In this document: positions 1-9,168 of the stretch, piece by piece
How the letters are laid out: every line of letters begins with the position of its first letter
How positions within the stretch are numbered: the first letter of the stretch is position 1
Source: a virus
DNA length: 64,000 nt
Strand: one strand, 5' to 3'
IMG/VR virus record: IMGVR_UViG_3300010371_000036
Span: 1-64,000 of that record
Position numbers and translations under genes: made by a program
Notes under the pieces: generated by a model
What the model saw: the letters and a program-made list of their open reading frames with translations, nothing else
Told to the model about the DNA's origin: nothing
Database searches by the model: none

Positions 1-959
1 GGCGCGGGGACCGGAGCGGGCGCGAGGGCGAGCGCCCGGACGGAACCCGGGTTCCGTTTCGACCGAACGATCTCCAGGATGAGGTTCCTCGACCGCCCGT
101 GCGCGCGAAAGCCGATCACCGAGTGCCGGTCCGGCTTCGCGCAGAGCTCGCAGCGGTCACACGTCATCCCCGCCGAGGTCTGCGCCGGGCAGACGACGAT
201 CGCCCGCCCCGCCGGCGTCCGGTTCCCCCGGTCCGGCGCGTCCGCCGGCAGGAGGCACACGACCGGGTGGGCGAACTCCTCCCGCCCGGGCGGCCGCGGA
301 CCGAGGAGCGCGTCGGCGTGCTCCGGCGAGTCCGCCGAGAGGTTGACGACGAACCCCCTCCCCCGCGCCCAGCGGTACGCGTCGAGCTGCTCGGGGCGCG
401 AAACCTTGTGCGTATAGGTGAATCCGCGCCGCCCCGCGCTCGCGCGGACGAGGGCGACGAACTTCGCCATGTCGAGCTCCTCGCCGGCGCCGGCGAGGTC
501 TCCCGCCTCGTTGTGCCTCCAGAGCTGGCCCCTCGGCAGGGCGCGGACCTGGAGGAGGAAGTCCTCGAACGCGAGGCCCTCCGCGGCGCCGGAGGAGAGG
601 CGCCGCCAGTGCATCCCGAGGTAGGAGTAGTCGGCGTAGCAGCCGGCGTCGTAGAGCCCGCAGCTCGGGGGGCAGGTCCCGCACTCGGAGATCGAGACCG
701 GGATCGGCCCCGTCTTCGCGTTCTGGCTGACGCGCGTGAAGAAGACCCGCCCGCGCGGCGCCGCGTCCTCGCGCCTCCGGATCCCCGCGAGCTTCTCCTC
801 GACGCTCTTGCCGGCCCAGTTCCCGTAGCGCGCCCGGCACGCGGCGCAGGACCGGACCGGGAGCCCCCGCTTACCGATGAAGGCGTCCGGGTAGGGCTTC
901 TCCTCGTAGCACTGGGCGCAGCGCCGGAGCTCGCCCTCGGGGAGCCGGAGGACGCTCAC
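1..959 (-). CDS. Gp88-like Cys-rich phage protein (partial, runs off window start)
   Basis: Not in the ORF track because it has no stop in the window. My translation from GTG 959 (overlapping the upstream TGA) gives NAKTGPIPVSISECGTCPPSCGLYDAGCYA...WRHNEAGDL...GFTYTH...GFVVNLSADS...VVCPAQ...TCDRCELC...IGFRAHG, a pattern I recognise from phage Gp88-like proteins. Confidence 0.7.
   Translation of the reverse strand, partial: MSVLRLPEGELRRCAQCYEEKPYPDAFIGKRGLPVRSCAACRARYGNWAGKSVEEKLAGIRRREDAAPRGRVFFTRVSQNAKTGPIPVSISECGTCPPSCGLYDAGCYADYSYLGMHWRRLSSGAAEGLAFEDFLLQVRALPRGQLWRHNEAGDLAGAGEELDMAKFVALVRASAGRRGFTYTHKVSRPEQLDAYRWARGRGFVVNLSADSPEHADALLGPRPPGREEFAHPVVCLLPADAPDRGNRTPAGRAIVVCPAQTSAGMTCDRCELCAKPDRHSVIGFRAHGRSRNLILEIVRSKRNPGSVRALALAPAPVPA
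39..58. repeat. 20-bp palindrome copy 1 (last base mismatched), inside CDS, read RNPGSV
   Basis: GACGGAACCCGGGTTCCGTT. Confidence 0.95.
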
Positions 960-1156
960 TTGAGGACCGAGGCGAGGTAGGCGTCGAGCGCCTTCTTCGC
1001 GTCGAGGAGCGCCTTCCGCGCTTCGACGGTCCTCAGGGAGACCCGGTCTAGCTCCCGCCGCTTCTCTCGCTCCTCCTCGACCGCGACGGCGTCGGCGTTC
1101 ACCGCGTCCTCGAGGGCGGCGGTCAGCTTCTCGATCTCCCCTTCCGTCTTGCTCAT
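956..1156 (-). CDS. hypothetical coiled-coil protein (MSKTEGEIEK...)
   Basis: ATG 1156 lies 10 nt after a GCGCGGCAT motif; stop overlaps the next GTG. Confidence 0.7.
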   Translation of the reverse strand: MSKTEGEIEKLTAALEDAVNADAVAVEEEREKRRELDRVSLRTVEARKALLDAKKALDAYLASVLK

Positions 1157-1176
1157 GCCCCGCGGGATGCCGCGCT

Positions 1177-1413
1177 CTACGGCGCGCCTCCGTCGAAGAG
1201 GAGGACCCGCCCGTCGGGGCGGTAGCAGTCGCACGACCGGTATCCGCCGTCCGAGCAGTGGTAGACGCCGCCCGCCGCGGCGCACCCCGCCCGCGCCGCC
1301 GACCAGGCCCGCTGCTTGTACGCGACGAGTCCCGCCGCGAGAGCGAGGACGAGGGCCGCGGCGGCGAACCTCACGGCGGCGGCCCGGCGCCGATCCTCCG
1401 CAAACGAGCTCAC
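1177..1413 (-). CDS. small membrane-anchored Cys-containing protein
   Basis: GTG start overlapping the upstream TGA; hydrophobic segment FAAAALVLALAAGLVAY. Confidence 0.6.
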   Translation of the reverse strand: MSSFAEDRRRAAAVRFAAAALVLALAAGLVAYKQRAWSAARAGCAAAGGVYHCSDGGYRSCDCYRPDGRVLLFDGGAP

Positions 1414-1922
1414 GCCCGCCCCCGCGTCCGCTGGATGCGGACCTTCCGGAGGAAGGGGCCCTTGGCGAACGTGTGGATCCGGTCGAGGAAGATCTTCCCG
1501 TCGAGCGACTCGATCCCCTGCCACACCGCGCGGGCCCCGGACGCCCCGCACTCGACCTCCTCGCGCTTGCCGTCGAGGCGACGGAACTCGACGGTCAGCT
1601 TCCGCGGGAAGCTCAAACGCTCCGGGACGCAGGCGAAGGAGGCGCACGCCGAGAGCTCGAGGCTCTCGTCCGCGTGGCTCCGGATCCGGGGGTTGCAGAG
1701 GATCGAGTTGCCCCGCGGCGTCCGGAGGACGAGCATCCGCCAGGCCGGGTCGAAGTCGAGCTGCGTCGTCGCCAGGACGTCGACGTTCTCGAAGTAGCCG
1801 ATCGCCTCGGCGAGGAGCTCGCCGAGCTCCCGGATCTGCGGCGTCCCGAACGCGTCCGCCGGGAGCTCGGTCGCCCGGCGGCGCAGGCGCATCTCGTCCT
1901 CGGGGAAGTAGAGGACCCTCAC
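1410..1922 (-). CDS. peptide deformylase homolog, catalytic motifs degenerate
   Basis: Colinear with Def (VLYFPEDEMRLRRRA, LATTQ, LCNPRI, ACAS, LDGK, LDGKIFLDRI), but GxGxAAxQ, EGCLS and HExxH are all altered. Confidence 0.75.
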   Translation of the reverse strand: MRVLYFPEDEMRLRRRATELPADAFGTPQIRELGELLAEAIGYFENVDVLATTQLDFDPAWRMLVLRTPRGNSILCNPRIRSHADESLELSACASFACVPERLSFPRKLTVEFRRLDGKREEVECGASGARAVWQGIESLDGKIFLDRIHTFAKGPFLRKVRIQRTRGRA

Positions 1923-2743
1923 GGGCGCACCCAGACGGTCGGGCCGAAGGACTCCGTCTCCGGGGGCGCCTTGACGCAGCGGAAGCCCGCCGCGCCCGCG
2001 ATCTCGAAGACCGCCCGCCGGAGCTCGAGCGAGTGGTACTCGACGAGGAGCGCCCGGCAGAACTCGAGCTGGAGGTACCCGGCGAGGATCTCCACCTCCG
2101 CCCCCTCGGCGTCGATCTTCAGGACGTCGCAGGGCGGGAGCTCGCTCGGGTCGACGCCGTTGACCCGCCGCGCGCACGTGTCGGTCGCCGGCGCGAGGTG
2201 GTAGGCGCCCCAGTCCTCGCAGCCGTTGATCCGCGGCGCCGGGTCGGTCGTTACCGCAGCACGGACGAGGACCGCGTCGATGCGCCCCGGCCGCCCGAGG
2301 AACGGCCGGAGGTTCTCCTCGTAGACGTCCGCCGCCTCCGCGTGAGGCTCGTAGCCGAAGACGCAGCCGCCCGGCCAGCGCTTCAGGGCCCAGGCGGAGA
2401 AGGCGCCCCAGCCCGCGCCGACGTCGATGACCGTGAGCGGCCCGATCGGCAGCTCCGGGTGGTCGTACTCGCCCTCGAAAACCTGCCGAGAGATCTGCTC
2501 GCAGACCTCCCGGGTCCTCGGGTGCGCCGTCGTCGGGATCTTGAACGGCCCGAGCGGGCCCTCGATCGTCACTTCCATCGCCCTCTCCTCCATCTCCGGG
2601 AGCGTCTCGCGCTCCGCCCTCTCTGCCACGTCTCTCCGAACGTACTCGACGCCACCCTCCCCCGGCTCCTCGTAACCGACGAACGCCTCGGAGCTCGGTG
2701 GCTCGAACTCGAGGCGGACGTAGAGCCGAGGGGGGAAATTCAC
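1919..2743 (-). CDS. FkbM-family SAM-dependent methyltransferase
   Basis: VIDVGAGWGAFS, YEPH, LKIDAEGAEVEIL, LVEYH motifs. Confidence 0.85.
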   Translation of the reverse strand: MNFPPRLYVRLEFEPPSSEAFVGYEEPGEGGVEYVRRDVAERAERETLPEMEERAMEVTIEGPLGPFKIPTTAHPRTREVCEQISRQVFEGEYDHPELPIGPLTVIDVGAGWGAFSAWALKRWPGGCVFGYEPHAEAADVYEENLRPFLGRPGRIDAVLVRAAVTTDPAPRINGCEDWGAYHLAPATDTCARRVNGVDPSELPPCDVLKIDAEGAEVEILAGYLQLEFCRALLVEYHSLELRRAVFEIAGAAGFRCVKAPPETESFGPTVWVRP

Positions 2744-5124
2744 CAGACCCTCCGGCGCGGGTAAAGCGCGACCGCCTTGACGAGAACGCCCGAGAACTCA
2801 CTCTCCAACTCGCTCGCGGACGGAACCCGGGTTCCGTCCTTCCGGAGGTTCTCCCAGATCGCCCGATCGAGCGCCCGCGCCTTCTCCGTAAACGTGAAGC
2901 CGCGGGCCCACTCCATCGTCTTCGTCGCCTCCGGGACCGTCGTCCGGAACCGCCCCGTCCACTCGAGCGAAGCGACGACGTTGTCGACGAACTCCTCCGG
3001 CATCGTCGGGCGGAGCCGCGGCAGACGGAGGTCCCGCCTGTAGACGTCACCGAGCGCGTCCCGCTCGTAGTAGACGACCGAGACGCCGATCGCGAGGCAC
3101 TCCATCATCGAGACCGAGAACGTCTCGCACGGCATCGGCGGGTCGAGCGGGAACGGGAAGACGCTCGCCTCGGAGAGCTCCCGGAGGACCTCCGCCCGCG
3201 AGAGGTTCCCGAGGAACCGGACGGCGCTCATCTCGGGTCGGATCGGGGCGATCGTCTTCAGAACCCGATCGGTGCGGAGTCCCTGCCGGCACGCCTTCCC
3301 CGCGTAGTGGGTGAGCCAGCCGGCGACGTCGCCGACGACGTGGAGCGTCGCCTCGGGGAACCGGCGGACGATCTCCGGCCACGCCTCGAGGAGCTCGTGA
3401 AGCCCCCGACTCGCGCTCGTGTGGTAGACGCAGCGGCCGCGGACCGGGCGGTAGTCCGGGAGGTCCGGCTGGATCGCGTTCGGCATCACGTACCAGGGCG
3501 CCTCCCCGTCGTAGACCGTCCGGAGCGCGTCGGCCGCGTACCGGCTCGGCGCGAGGTTCACGTCGGTCCACTCGAACGCGCCCGGGTGCGGGACCTGGAA
3601 CGTGTGGTGCGAGGCGACCCGGAGGCAGCCGGAGACGCCGACGAGCGGACTCGTATCGTAGTACGCGACAAGGACGTCGCGATCGCCGTCCTTGTCGAAC
3701 TCGGAGAGCGGACGGTAATCGGCCCCTCCGACGTCCGTCTTCCCCGTCCACTTGAACGTCGAGTACGCCCGGACCTCGTAGCCGAACTTCGGGAGCTCCC
3801 GCACCAGGCCCATGAAGCCCGCCCGGCAGCCGCCGCCAGAGTTCGAGTCGAAGGGCCTGTTGACGTCGATCGGCTCCGGGCCGGACGCGTACGGCGTCAG
3901 CACGAGGTCGATCCGCGCCTTCGCCTTCACCTCGGCGCGGACGCTCGGCGCCGGCGCCCGCTTCGCCGCGACCCCCTCGACGAGGTAGCCCTCGAGCCTC
4001 TTCGCGAGCACGCGCCAGTCGTGCCTCCGCGCGTGCTCCGCCCCGATGTCCGCCACCTTAAGCCGGAGCTCCTGACTCTGGAGAGCCCCGACGACGAGCG
4101 TCCGGAAACTATCCATCCGCTCCCCGACCGGGTGCCGGACGACCGCCGCCGCGTTCCCGTGGACCTCCTCGAGGCAGTCCGCCGAGGAGATGACCGGGAA
4201 GGCGCCGGCGGCGCACGCCTCGAGCGTCGCGACCGAGAACGTCTCGGTGAACGCGAGCGGCGCGCACGGGTAGGCGAAGACCTCCGCCTCGCAGAGCTCC
4301 TTGACGAGCTGTCGGTGCGAGACCCCGCCGACGCGCGTGACGCCGTGCCCCTCGAGCCGCCGGAGCGCGTGCCGGATGTAGAGCGCCCGGCGCGTGCACT
4401 CGTGGTCGACCGGACCCCCGAACCGCTTCGAGGGGTCGCAGTGGTAGGCGAGCCACGTCTCGAGGCTCTGGTAGTAGATCCGAAGCTCCGCGTTCGGGAC
4501 CGCCGCCCGGATCTCCGGCCAGACCTGGAGGAGGAGGTGAAGGCCCCGGTCCGGCGAGGACGTGTACGCGACCCGCCCGGGGACCTTCTGCTTCAGTGCG
4601 CCGCGGAACTGCTCCGGGTAGCACCCGTTCGGCAGCACCCGGAACTTCGCCCGGGCCGCCTCCGGGAGCGGCCCCGCGACGTGCGCCTTCGCCGTCTCGC
4701 TCGGGACGAGGTAGAGGTCGACGAACGCGTCGAAGCCCGCCGTCTCGTACTCGAAGGAGTCGATCCCGAAGGAGGCGACCTGGCGGTTGACGACCCGGAG
4801 CGCGCCCGCCGGCGCCTCCCGAAGCGCGTTCGGGTTCGACGTCGCGATGACGGCGTCCCACGCTACGCCCTTGCTCCCGATGTCCCAGGCGGAGAAGTCG
4901 AGGACCTGAACCCCGTCGTACGACGCACCCTCCTCGCCGACCGCGTGGCAGTAGAGCGTCACCTCGTGGCCGAGCGCCGCGAGCTCCTTCGCGTAGTAGA
5001 GGCAGACGAGGTCCGTCCCGGTCAGCCCCGCCTTCCCGCCCTCGAGGTCATCGAAGTCGAGCGGCGCCCGGTGCTGCCCGAAGGCGACGGGCGCGTAGAG
5101 AAAAGCGATCTTGAGCTTGTTCAC
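2740..5124 (-). CDS. tandem double GT4 (GT-B) glycosyltransferase
   Basis: GTG 5124 start; two repeats of YTSSPDRGL/YHTSASRGL...ETFSVATLEA/ETFSVSMMEC. Confidence 0.85.
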   Translation of the reverse strand: MNKLKIAFLYAPVAFGQHRAPLDFDDLEGGKAGLTGTDLVCLYYAKELAALGHEVTLYCHAVGEEGASYDGVQVLDFSAWDIGSKGVAWDAVIATSNPNALREAPAGALRVVNRQVASFGIDSFEYETAGFDAFVDLYLVPSETAKAHVAGPLPEAARAKFRVLPNGCYPEQFRGALKQKVPGRVAYTSSPDRGLHLLLQVWPEIRAAVPNAELRIYYQSLETWLAYHCDPSKRFGGPVDHECTRRALYIRHALRRLEGHGVTRVGGVSHRQLVKELCEAEVFAYPCAPLAFTETFSVATLEACAAGAFPVISSADCLEEVHGNAAAVVRHPVGERMDSFRTLVVGALQSQELRLKVADIGAEHARRHDWRVLAKRLEGYLVEGVAAKRAPAPSVRAEVKAKARIDLVLTPYASGPEPIDVNRPFDSNSGGGCRAGFMGLVRELPKFGYEVRAYSTFKWTGKTDVGGADYRPLSEFDKDGDRDVLVAYYDTSPLVGVSGCLRVASHHTFQVPHPGAFEWTDVNLAPSRYAADALRTVYDGEAPWYVMPNAIQPDLPDYRPVRGRCVYHTSASRGLHELLEAWPEIVRRFPEATLHVVGDVAGWLTHYAGKACRQGLRTDRVLKTIAPIRPEMSAVRFLGNLSRAEVLRELSEASVFPFPLDPPMPCETFSVSMMECLAIGVSVVYYERDALGDVYRRDLRLPRLRPTMPEEFVDNVVASLEWTGRFRTTVPEATKTMEWARGFTFTEKARALDRAIWENLRKDGTRVPSASELESEFSGVLVKAVALYPRRRVW
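2819..2838. repeat. 20-bp palindrome copy 2, inside the glycosyltransferase C-terminus (DGTRVPS)
   Basis: GACGGAACCCGGGTTCCGTC. Confidence 0.97.
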
Positions 5125-7778
5125 GTTCCGACCTCCCGGTGCTCCCGGTACTCCGGGAGGCGTCCCATACCCGCGTCGATCATCAGGTCCTCGAAGAGCG
5201 CGTCCCACTGCTCGGCGACGCCGTCCCAGCGGAACGCGCGGAGCGCCTCCTCGCGCGTCTCCTCGCGCGTGTGGCCGCGGAACTGCCCCGGCACCGGGTC
5301 GTCGAAGTAGAGCGCCCCGACCGCCGCCTCGACGAACTTCTCCTGGTACTCCGCGGAGACCCAGTCCCCCTCGACGAGGCGGCCGTAGTCCCCGACCGTC
5401 TCCGGGAGCGCCCCGACCGGCGAGGTGACGATCCGGAGGCCCGCGGCGCGCGCCTCCATCGCGCTCATGCAACTCGTCTCCGGGTACCAAGTCGGGTAGA
5501 GCCACGCGCCGGCGGAGCACATCGCGGCGGCGAGCTTCTTCCGCGGGACGCGCCCGTGGTACCTCACGCCGAAGGAGCCCATACGGGCCATCGACCGCTG
5601 GATCACCTCGACGAGGAACCGGTGCTGCTGGTCCTTCGACTCCCCCGCCTGGAGCTTCCAGCCCTCGAAGGAGTAGTAGACGTCGAGCGTCGCCTCCGGG
5701 ACCCGCGAACGGATCGCCGGCCACATCTCGAGCAGCGCGCCGAGGCCGCGGTCCGGCGAGGAGCAGTAGATCGCCTTGTGCCGGTCGCGCGGAGGGTAAA
5801 CCGCGTTCGGCGAGTAGAGCGCCGGGTCGACGCCGTTGCGCGTGACGAAGACCTGGCTCTCCGGGATCCCGTGCTCGCGGACGAGGTTCCCCTTGTGCCA
5901 CTCCGAGAGCGCGAGGAACCGGTCGGCGAGGAGCGAGTACTCGTAGGTCATCCCGATCGCGGTCGTGTCGTGGCACCACATCAGGCGCGCCTTCGCCTCC
6001 CCCTGGGCGAGCAGGGGGGCGAGGCGCCAGGCGACGAGGACGTCGACCTTCGGCCGGAGGTCCGGCGTCCAGGTGACGTAGTCGACGTCGCCGGCGAACG
6101 TCCCCTCCTCCCCGGGCGCGCCGTAGACGGTCACGCGGTGACCCATCTTCCCGAGACGGCGCGCGAGCTCGACGACCGCCGTCTCGCTCCCGCCGTGCCC
6201 GTACCGCTCGACGAGGTCGGGGTTCCAGGGCTCGCGGGCGGGCCCGCACATGAACGCCACCGAGAACGCCTTCGAGGGGAATCGGAACTGACCGCTCAGC
6301 GTCGCGACGCCGATAGGCGTCGGGGCACCTTTCCACAACGGACGGAACCCGGGTTCCGTCTTCGGCGGTTCCATCGGGAGACCGGCGATCGCCCGGACCT
6401 GCATCTCCCGCCGCGCATCCGGCGTCAGGGCCGAGGCCATCTTCCCCAGGTACGCGTCGTCGTGGTGGGGCGCCGGGACGGGCGCGCTAAGGATCCCCTC
6501 ACCCGCCCGGAACGTCGTCGCCTTCCCGGACGGAACCGATCGGGAGACGCGGACGCTCACCTTCGCCTCGCCCGCCATGAACTTCGGGTCCGCCCCGGCC
6601 CCCGGGAGCACCCTCGACGCCTTCGCCGGCGCACAGAGCTTCGCCGTCGTGTAGCGCTTCAGGGCGAAGCGGAGCTGGGGGTGGTCCGGCACCGCCTCGA
6701 GCGCCCGCTCGGTCGCGCGGATGGCCGTGTCCCACTCCCCCTCGACCTCGGCGGCGGTCCGGATCAGGTCGTGGATGAAGAACGCGCGGTCCGCCGGATT
6801 GCGCCCGATCGGCGTCCGGGTCTCCGGCGCCGCGAGCGCGTTGAAGCCGTGCGCGATCACGTCGAACATCGCATCCGGCTCGCCGAGGAGGGTCCCGCGG
6901 AGCATCGCGAACCGCGCCCGCGCGTACTCGACCTCGAACGCCCCCGGCGCGTACCTCTCCGCCCGGTCGACCCAGTCGCGCGCCCGGTCGAGCCCCGCGC
7001 GCCCGACGTCCGCCGAGAACGCGCAGTCCGCGGCGCGCAGGCACGCGAGGGCCTGCTCCTCCGGCCAATTCGAGAACCCTACGTGCTCGGCGAAGTGCCC
7101 CTCCGCCTCCCGGTACCGGTGGGCGCGGTGGAGCTCGAAGCCGAGGTTGATGTGCGTCCAGGCGTCGAGGTGCCCGGCCGCGTACCACTTCTCGAGGATG
7201 GCGAGCGAGCGGCTCCGGGCCCCCGTCTCCGTCCGCTTGTGGACCCAGCGGACGTCCTTCATCCAGTAGTCGAGGCCCGGGTCGTAGCCGCCGGCTTGCT
7301 TCGTCAGCCCCTCGTGCGTCGGGTGCTCCCAGACCCAGGAGCCGTCGTTCGGGACGAGCCGCTCGCGCCACTGCTGCCGGGTGACCAGGCCCGTCGTCGG
7401 GTCGAACTCGTAGTCGTACGGCGCGATGAGGCGCGCCGCCGCCGCGCGGCGGTCCCCGAGCTTCGCGTTCGCCTCGCGGATCTCCCGCGCGATGTGCTCC
7501 GCCCCGACGACGACGTCGTCCGTATCCATCCACATGATGTACGGCTGGGTCGCGAGCTCAAAAGAGATGTTCCGCGTGTACGCGAAGTCGTCCCTCCACG
7601 AAGAGACCGTCCACGTATCCGCGACCTTCACCGTCCGCGCCTTCGCCTCGGACGGCGCATCGTCGTCGACGACGATGCAGACCTGCTCGACGTACGGGCG
7701 GACCGAGGCGACCGCCTGCTCGAGCAGCGGATCGTCTCGGAAGATCATGCAGAGGGAAACCGGGGCCTTCGTCGTCAT
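5121..7778 (-). CDS. GT2 + TPR-like + GT4 fusion glycosyltransferase
   Basis: N-terminal VSLCMIFRD...WRDDFAYTRN...WMDTDD...HE (SunS-like GT2), helical repeats, then GGSETA...SSPDRGL...YPETSCMSAMEA (GT4). Confidence 0.85.
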   Translation of the reverse strand: MTTKAPVSLCMIFRDDPLLEQAVASVRPYVEQVCIVVDDDAPSEAKARTVKVADTWTVSSWRDDFAYTRNISFELATQPYIMWMDTDDVVVGAEHIAREIREANAKLGDRRAAAARLIAPYDYEFDPTTGLVTRQQWRERLVPNDGSWVWEHPTHEGLTKQAGGYDPGLDYWMKDVRWVHKRTETGARSRSLAILEKWYAAGHLDAWTHINLGFELHRAHRYREAEGHFAEHVGFSNWPEEQALACLRAADCAFSADVGRAGLDRARDWVDRAERYAPGAFEVEYARARFAMLRGTLLGEPDAMFDVIAHGFNALAAPETRTPIGRNPADRAFFIHDLIRTAAEVEGEWDTAIRATERALEAVPDHPQLRFALKRYTTAKLCAPAKASRVLPGAGADPKFMAGEAKVSVRVSRSVPSGKATTFRAGEGILSAPVPAPHHDDAYLGKMASALTPDARREMQVRAIAGLPMEPPKTEPGFRPLWKGAPTPIGVATLSGQFRFPSKAFSVAFMCGPAREPWNPDLVERYGHGGSETAVVELARRLGKMGHRVTVYGAPGEEGTFAGDVDYVTWTPDLRPKVDVLVAWRLAPLLAQGEAKARLMWCHDTTAIGMTYEYSLLADRFLALSEWHKGNLVREHGIPESQVFVTRNGVDPALYSPNAVYPPRDRHKAIYCSSPDRGLGALLEMWPAIRSRVPEATLDVYYSFEGWKLQAGESKDQQHRFLVEVIQRSMARMGSFGVRYHGRVPRKKLAAAMCSAGAWLYPTWYPETSCMSAMEARAAGLRIVTSPVGALPETVGDYGRLVEGDWVSAEYQEKFVEAAVGALYFDDPVPGQFRGHTREETREEALRAFRWDGVAEQWDALFEDLMIDAGMGRLPEYREHREVGT
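6341..6360. repeat. 20-bp palindrome copy 3, in the GT2/GT4 linker (TEPGFR)
   Basis: GACGGAACCCGGGTTCCGTC. Confidence 0.97.
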
Positions 7779-8041
7779 CGATCCTCGCTCTCTTTTCGAA
7801 TCGCGTACCACGTCGCGAGCCACTCGGGGGCGACGTAGCCGCTCCGAGCGAAGTAATTGAAGAACTCGAGCGCCGCCTTCGCGGGGTCCTCCGGGATCGC
7901 CTCCTCCGCGAGGCGCCACGCCTCGCTCTGGATCTCTTGGATCTCCTCCCGGGTGAGGAGCGCCTCGCTCGCCTTCCGGTGCGTGAGCTGAGCGCTCAGG
8001 CAGGCGAGGAAGTAGTCGCGCCGGGTCAAAGCATCCTCCAC
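7775..8041 (-). CDS. hypothetical phage protein (RDYF motif)
   Basis: LTRRDYFLA pattern, common in small phage proteins; coupled to both neighbours. Confidence 0.6.
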   Translation of the reverse strand: MEDALTRRDYFLACLSAQLTHRKASEALLTREEIQEIQSEAWRLAEEAIPEDPAKAALEFFNYFARSGYVAPEWLATWYAIRKESEDR

Positions 8042-8763
8042 GTTTCACCCAGACGGATCCGCCTGATCGTATTCTTATGGAGCCCGTACGCTCTTGCGAT
8101 CGCGGCGTTCGTCTCGCCATCGTCGATCCGGCGTCGGATGTCGAAGACTTTATCGACGGTCAGCTTTGCCTGGCCGCTCCTCTCCCCCCTCGCAAGTCTC
8201 TCGGGACGGAGTCTCGCAGGGTGAACGTCTCCTCTTAGGAGCCGTTCTGGCTTAGTCCGACTCCCGTTACGATCTCCCCTCGCTAGGCGCTCAGGCTTCG
8301 TTCTTGACCCGTGCCTGTCGCCTCTCGCATTCCGCCCCTTCCGGATCATATCCGCGACATTCTCCCGAGGAGTCCCGATGAACAGGTGGTCTCTACGAAC
8401 GCACCTCCTGTTGTCGCATCGGTGAAGGACCCAATGTCCCACCGGAACCGAGCCCCCGACCGCTACCCACGCGAACACGTGGGCCCCGATTCCCCGACCT
8501 CCTAGCCAGAAATTACCGTACCCGCTCCGCGTCCCTCCGGTCCAAACCCAGCAAGGTCCGAGCTCCGGGCAGTGTGCAGGCGTAGGCCCGTTCTTATCGA
8601 CCCTCATCCAGAACCGACTCGCGGGCGAGACCGAGGCCCTCTTCTCGAGAGAGACCTTTACGCCGGCCGCGATGACCGCGGCTCGCTTCTCCGGCGACAT
8701 CTCACGGAAGCCCACGGAGATCCTCCGCCGTCGTCCAGTCGTTAGCGAGGCGGTTCTGGGCAT
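8026..8763 (-). CDS. HNH homing endonuclease with 15-aa repeats and C-terminal HTH (start may be ATG 8700)
   Basis: RFWMRVDK, CWVWTG, GYG, AHV, VLHRCDNRRCVRRDHLFIGTPRENVADMIRKGR; visibly lower GC. Confidence 0.9.
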   Translation of the reverse strand: MPRTASLTTGRRRRISVGFREMSPEKRAAVIAAGVKVSLEKRASVSPASRFWMRVDKNGPTPAHCPELGPCWVWTGGTRSGYGNFWLGGRGIGAHVFAWVAVGGSVPVGHWVLHRCDNRRCVRRDHLFIGTPRENVADMIRKGRNARGDRHGSRTKPERLARGDRNGSRTKPERLLRGDVHPARLRPERLARGERSGQAKLTVDKVFDIRRRIDDGETNAAIARAYGLHKNTIRRIRLGETWRML

Positions 8764-9142
8764 CCTGTATCGCCATTCGCCCCGTGCATACTTCTCGATG
8801 AAGCCAGTTTTCGATCACGTCTTTTCTACGAGCGCTCTGTATCGGCTGCGGCCACAAGTTCGCGAGCGAGTTAGCTCCACCGACTTCTAAACTGACGAGG
8901 TGGTCGACCTCGTAGCGCCACACCTCGGCGGCGGGGACGCCGTAGGCCCGGAGGACGGCCGCGCGCACCGACGCGGGGACGCGCCTCCGGGCCCGGGTCG
9001 GCCGGCCGCAGACCTCCGCCCGCGTGAGGGCCGGGTCGACCTCCCCGGTCGTGCACTGCGGGTCGGGGAGGAGGCCCCGGGCGACGCAGCGCGGGGGAGG
9101 CGCGGAGAGGAGGGCGAAGACGACGAGGGCGAGCGGGAACAT
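8702..9142 (-). CDS. secreted HNH-like nuclease-fold protein
   Basis: Signal-peptide-like N-terminus; LPDP, YEVDHLVSLEVGG, NLWPQP, KDVIENWLH. Confidence 0.7.
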   Translation of the reverse strand: MFPLALVVFALLSAPPPRCVARGLLPDPQCTTGEVDPALTRAEVCGRPTRARRRVPASVRAAVLRAYGVPAAEVWRYEVDHLVSLEVGGANSLANLWPQPIQSARRKDVIENWLHREVCTGRMAIQDAQNRLANDWTTAEDLRGLP

Positions 9143-9168
9143 GGTCTTGCGCCCGGAGATGCCGCGCC

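Noticed and set aside
6529-6538. Partial palindrome matches (GACGGAACCG at 6529; CCCGGGTTCCG near 58714)
   Set aside because: Half-sites only and plausible by chance in GC-rich DNA; not counted.
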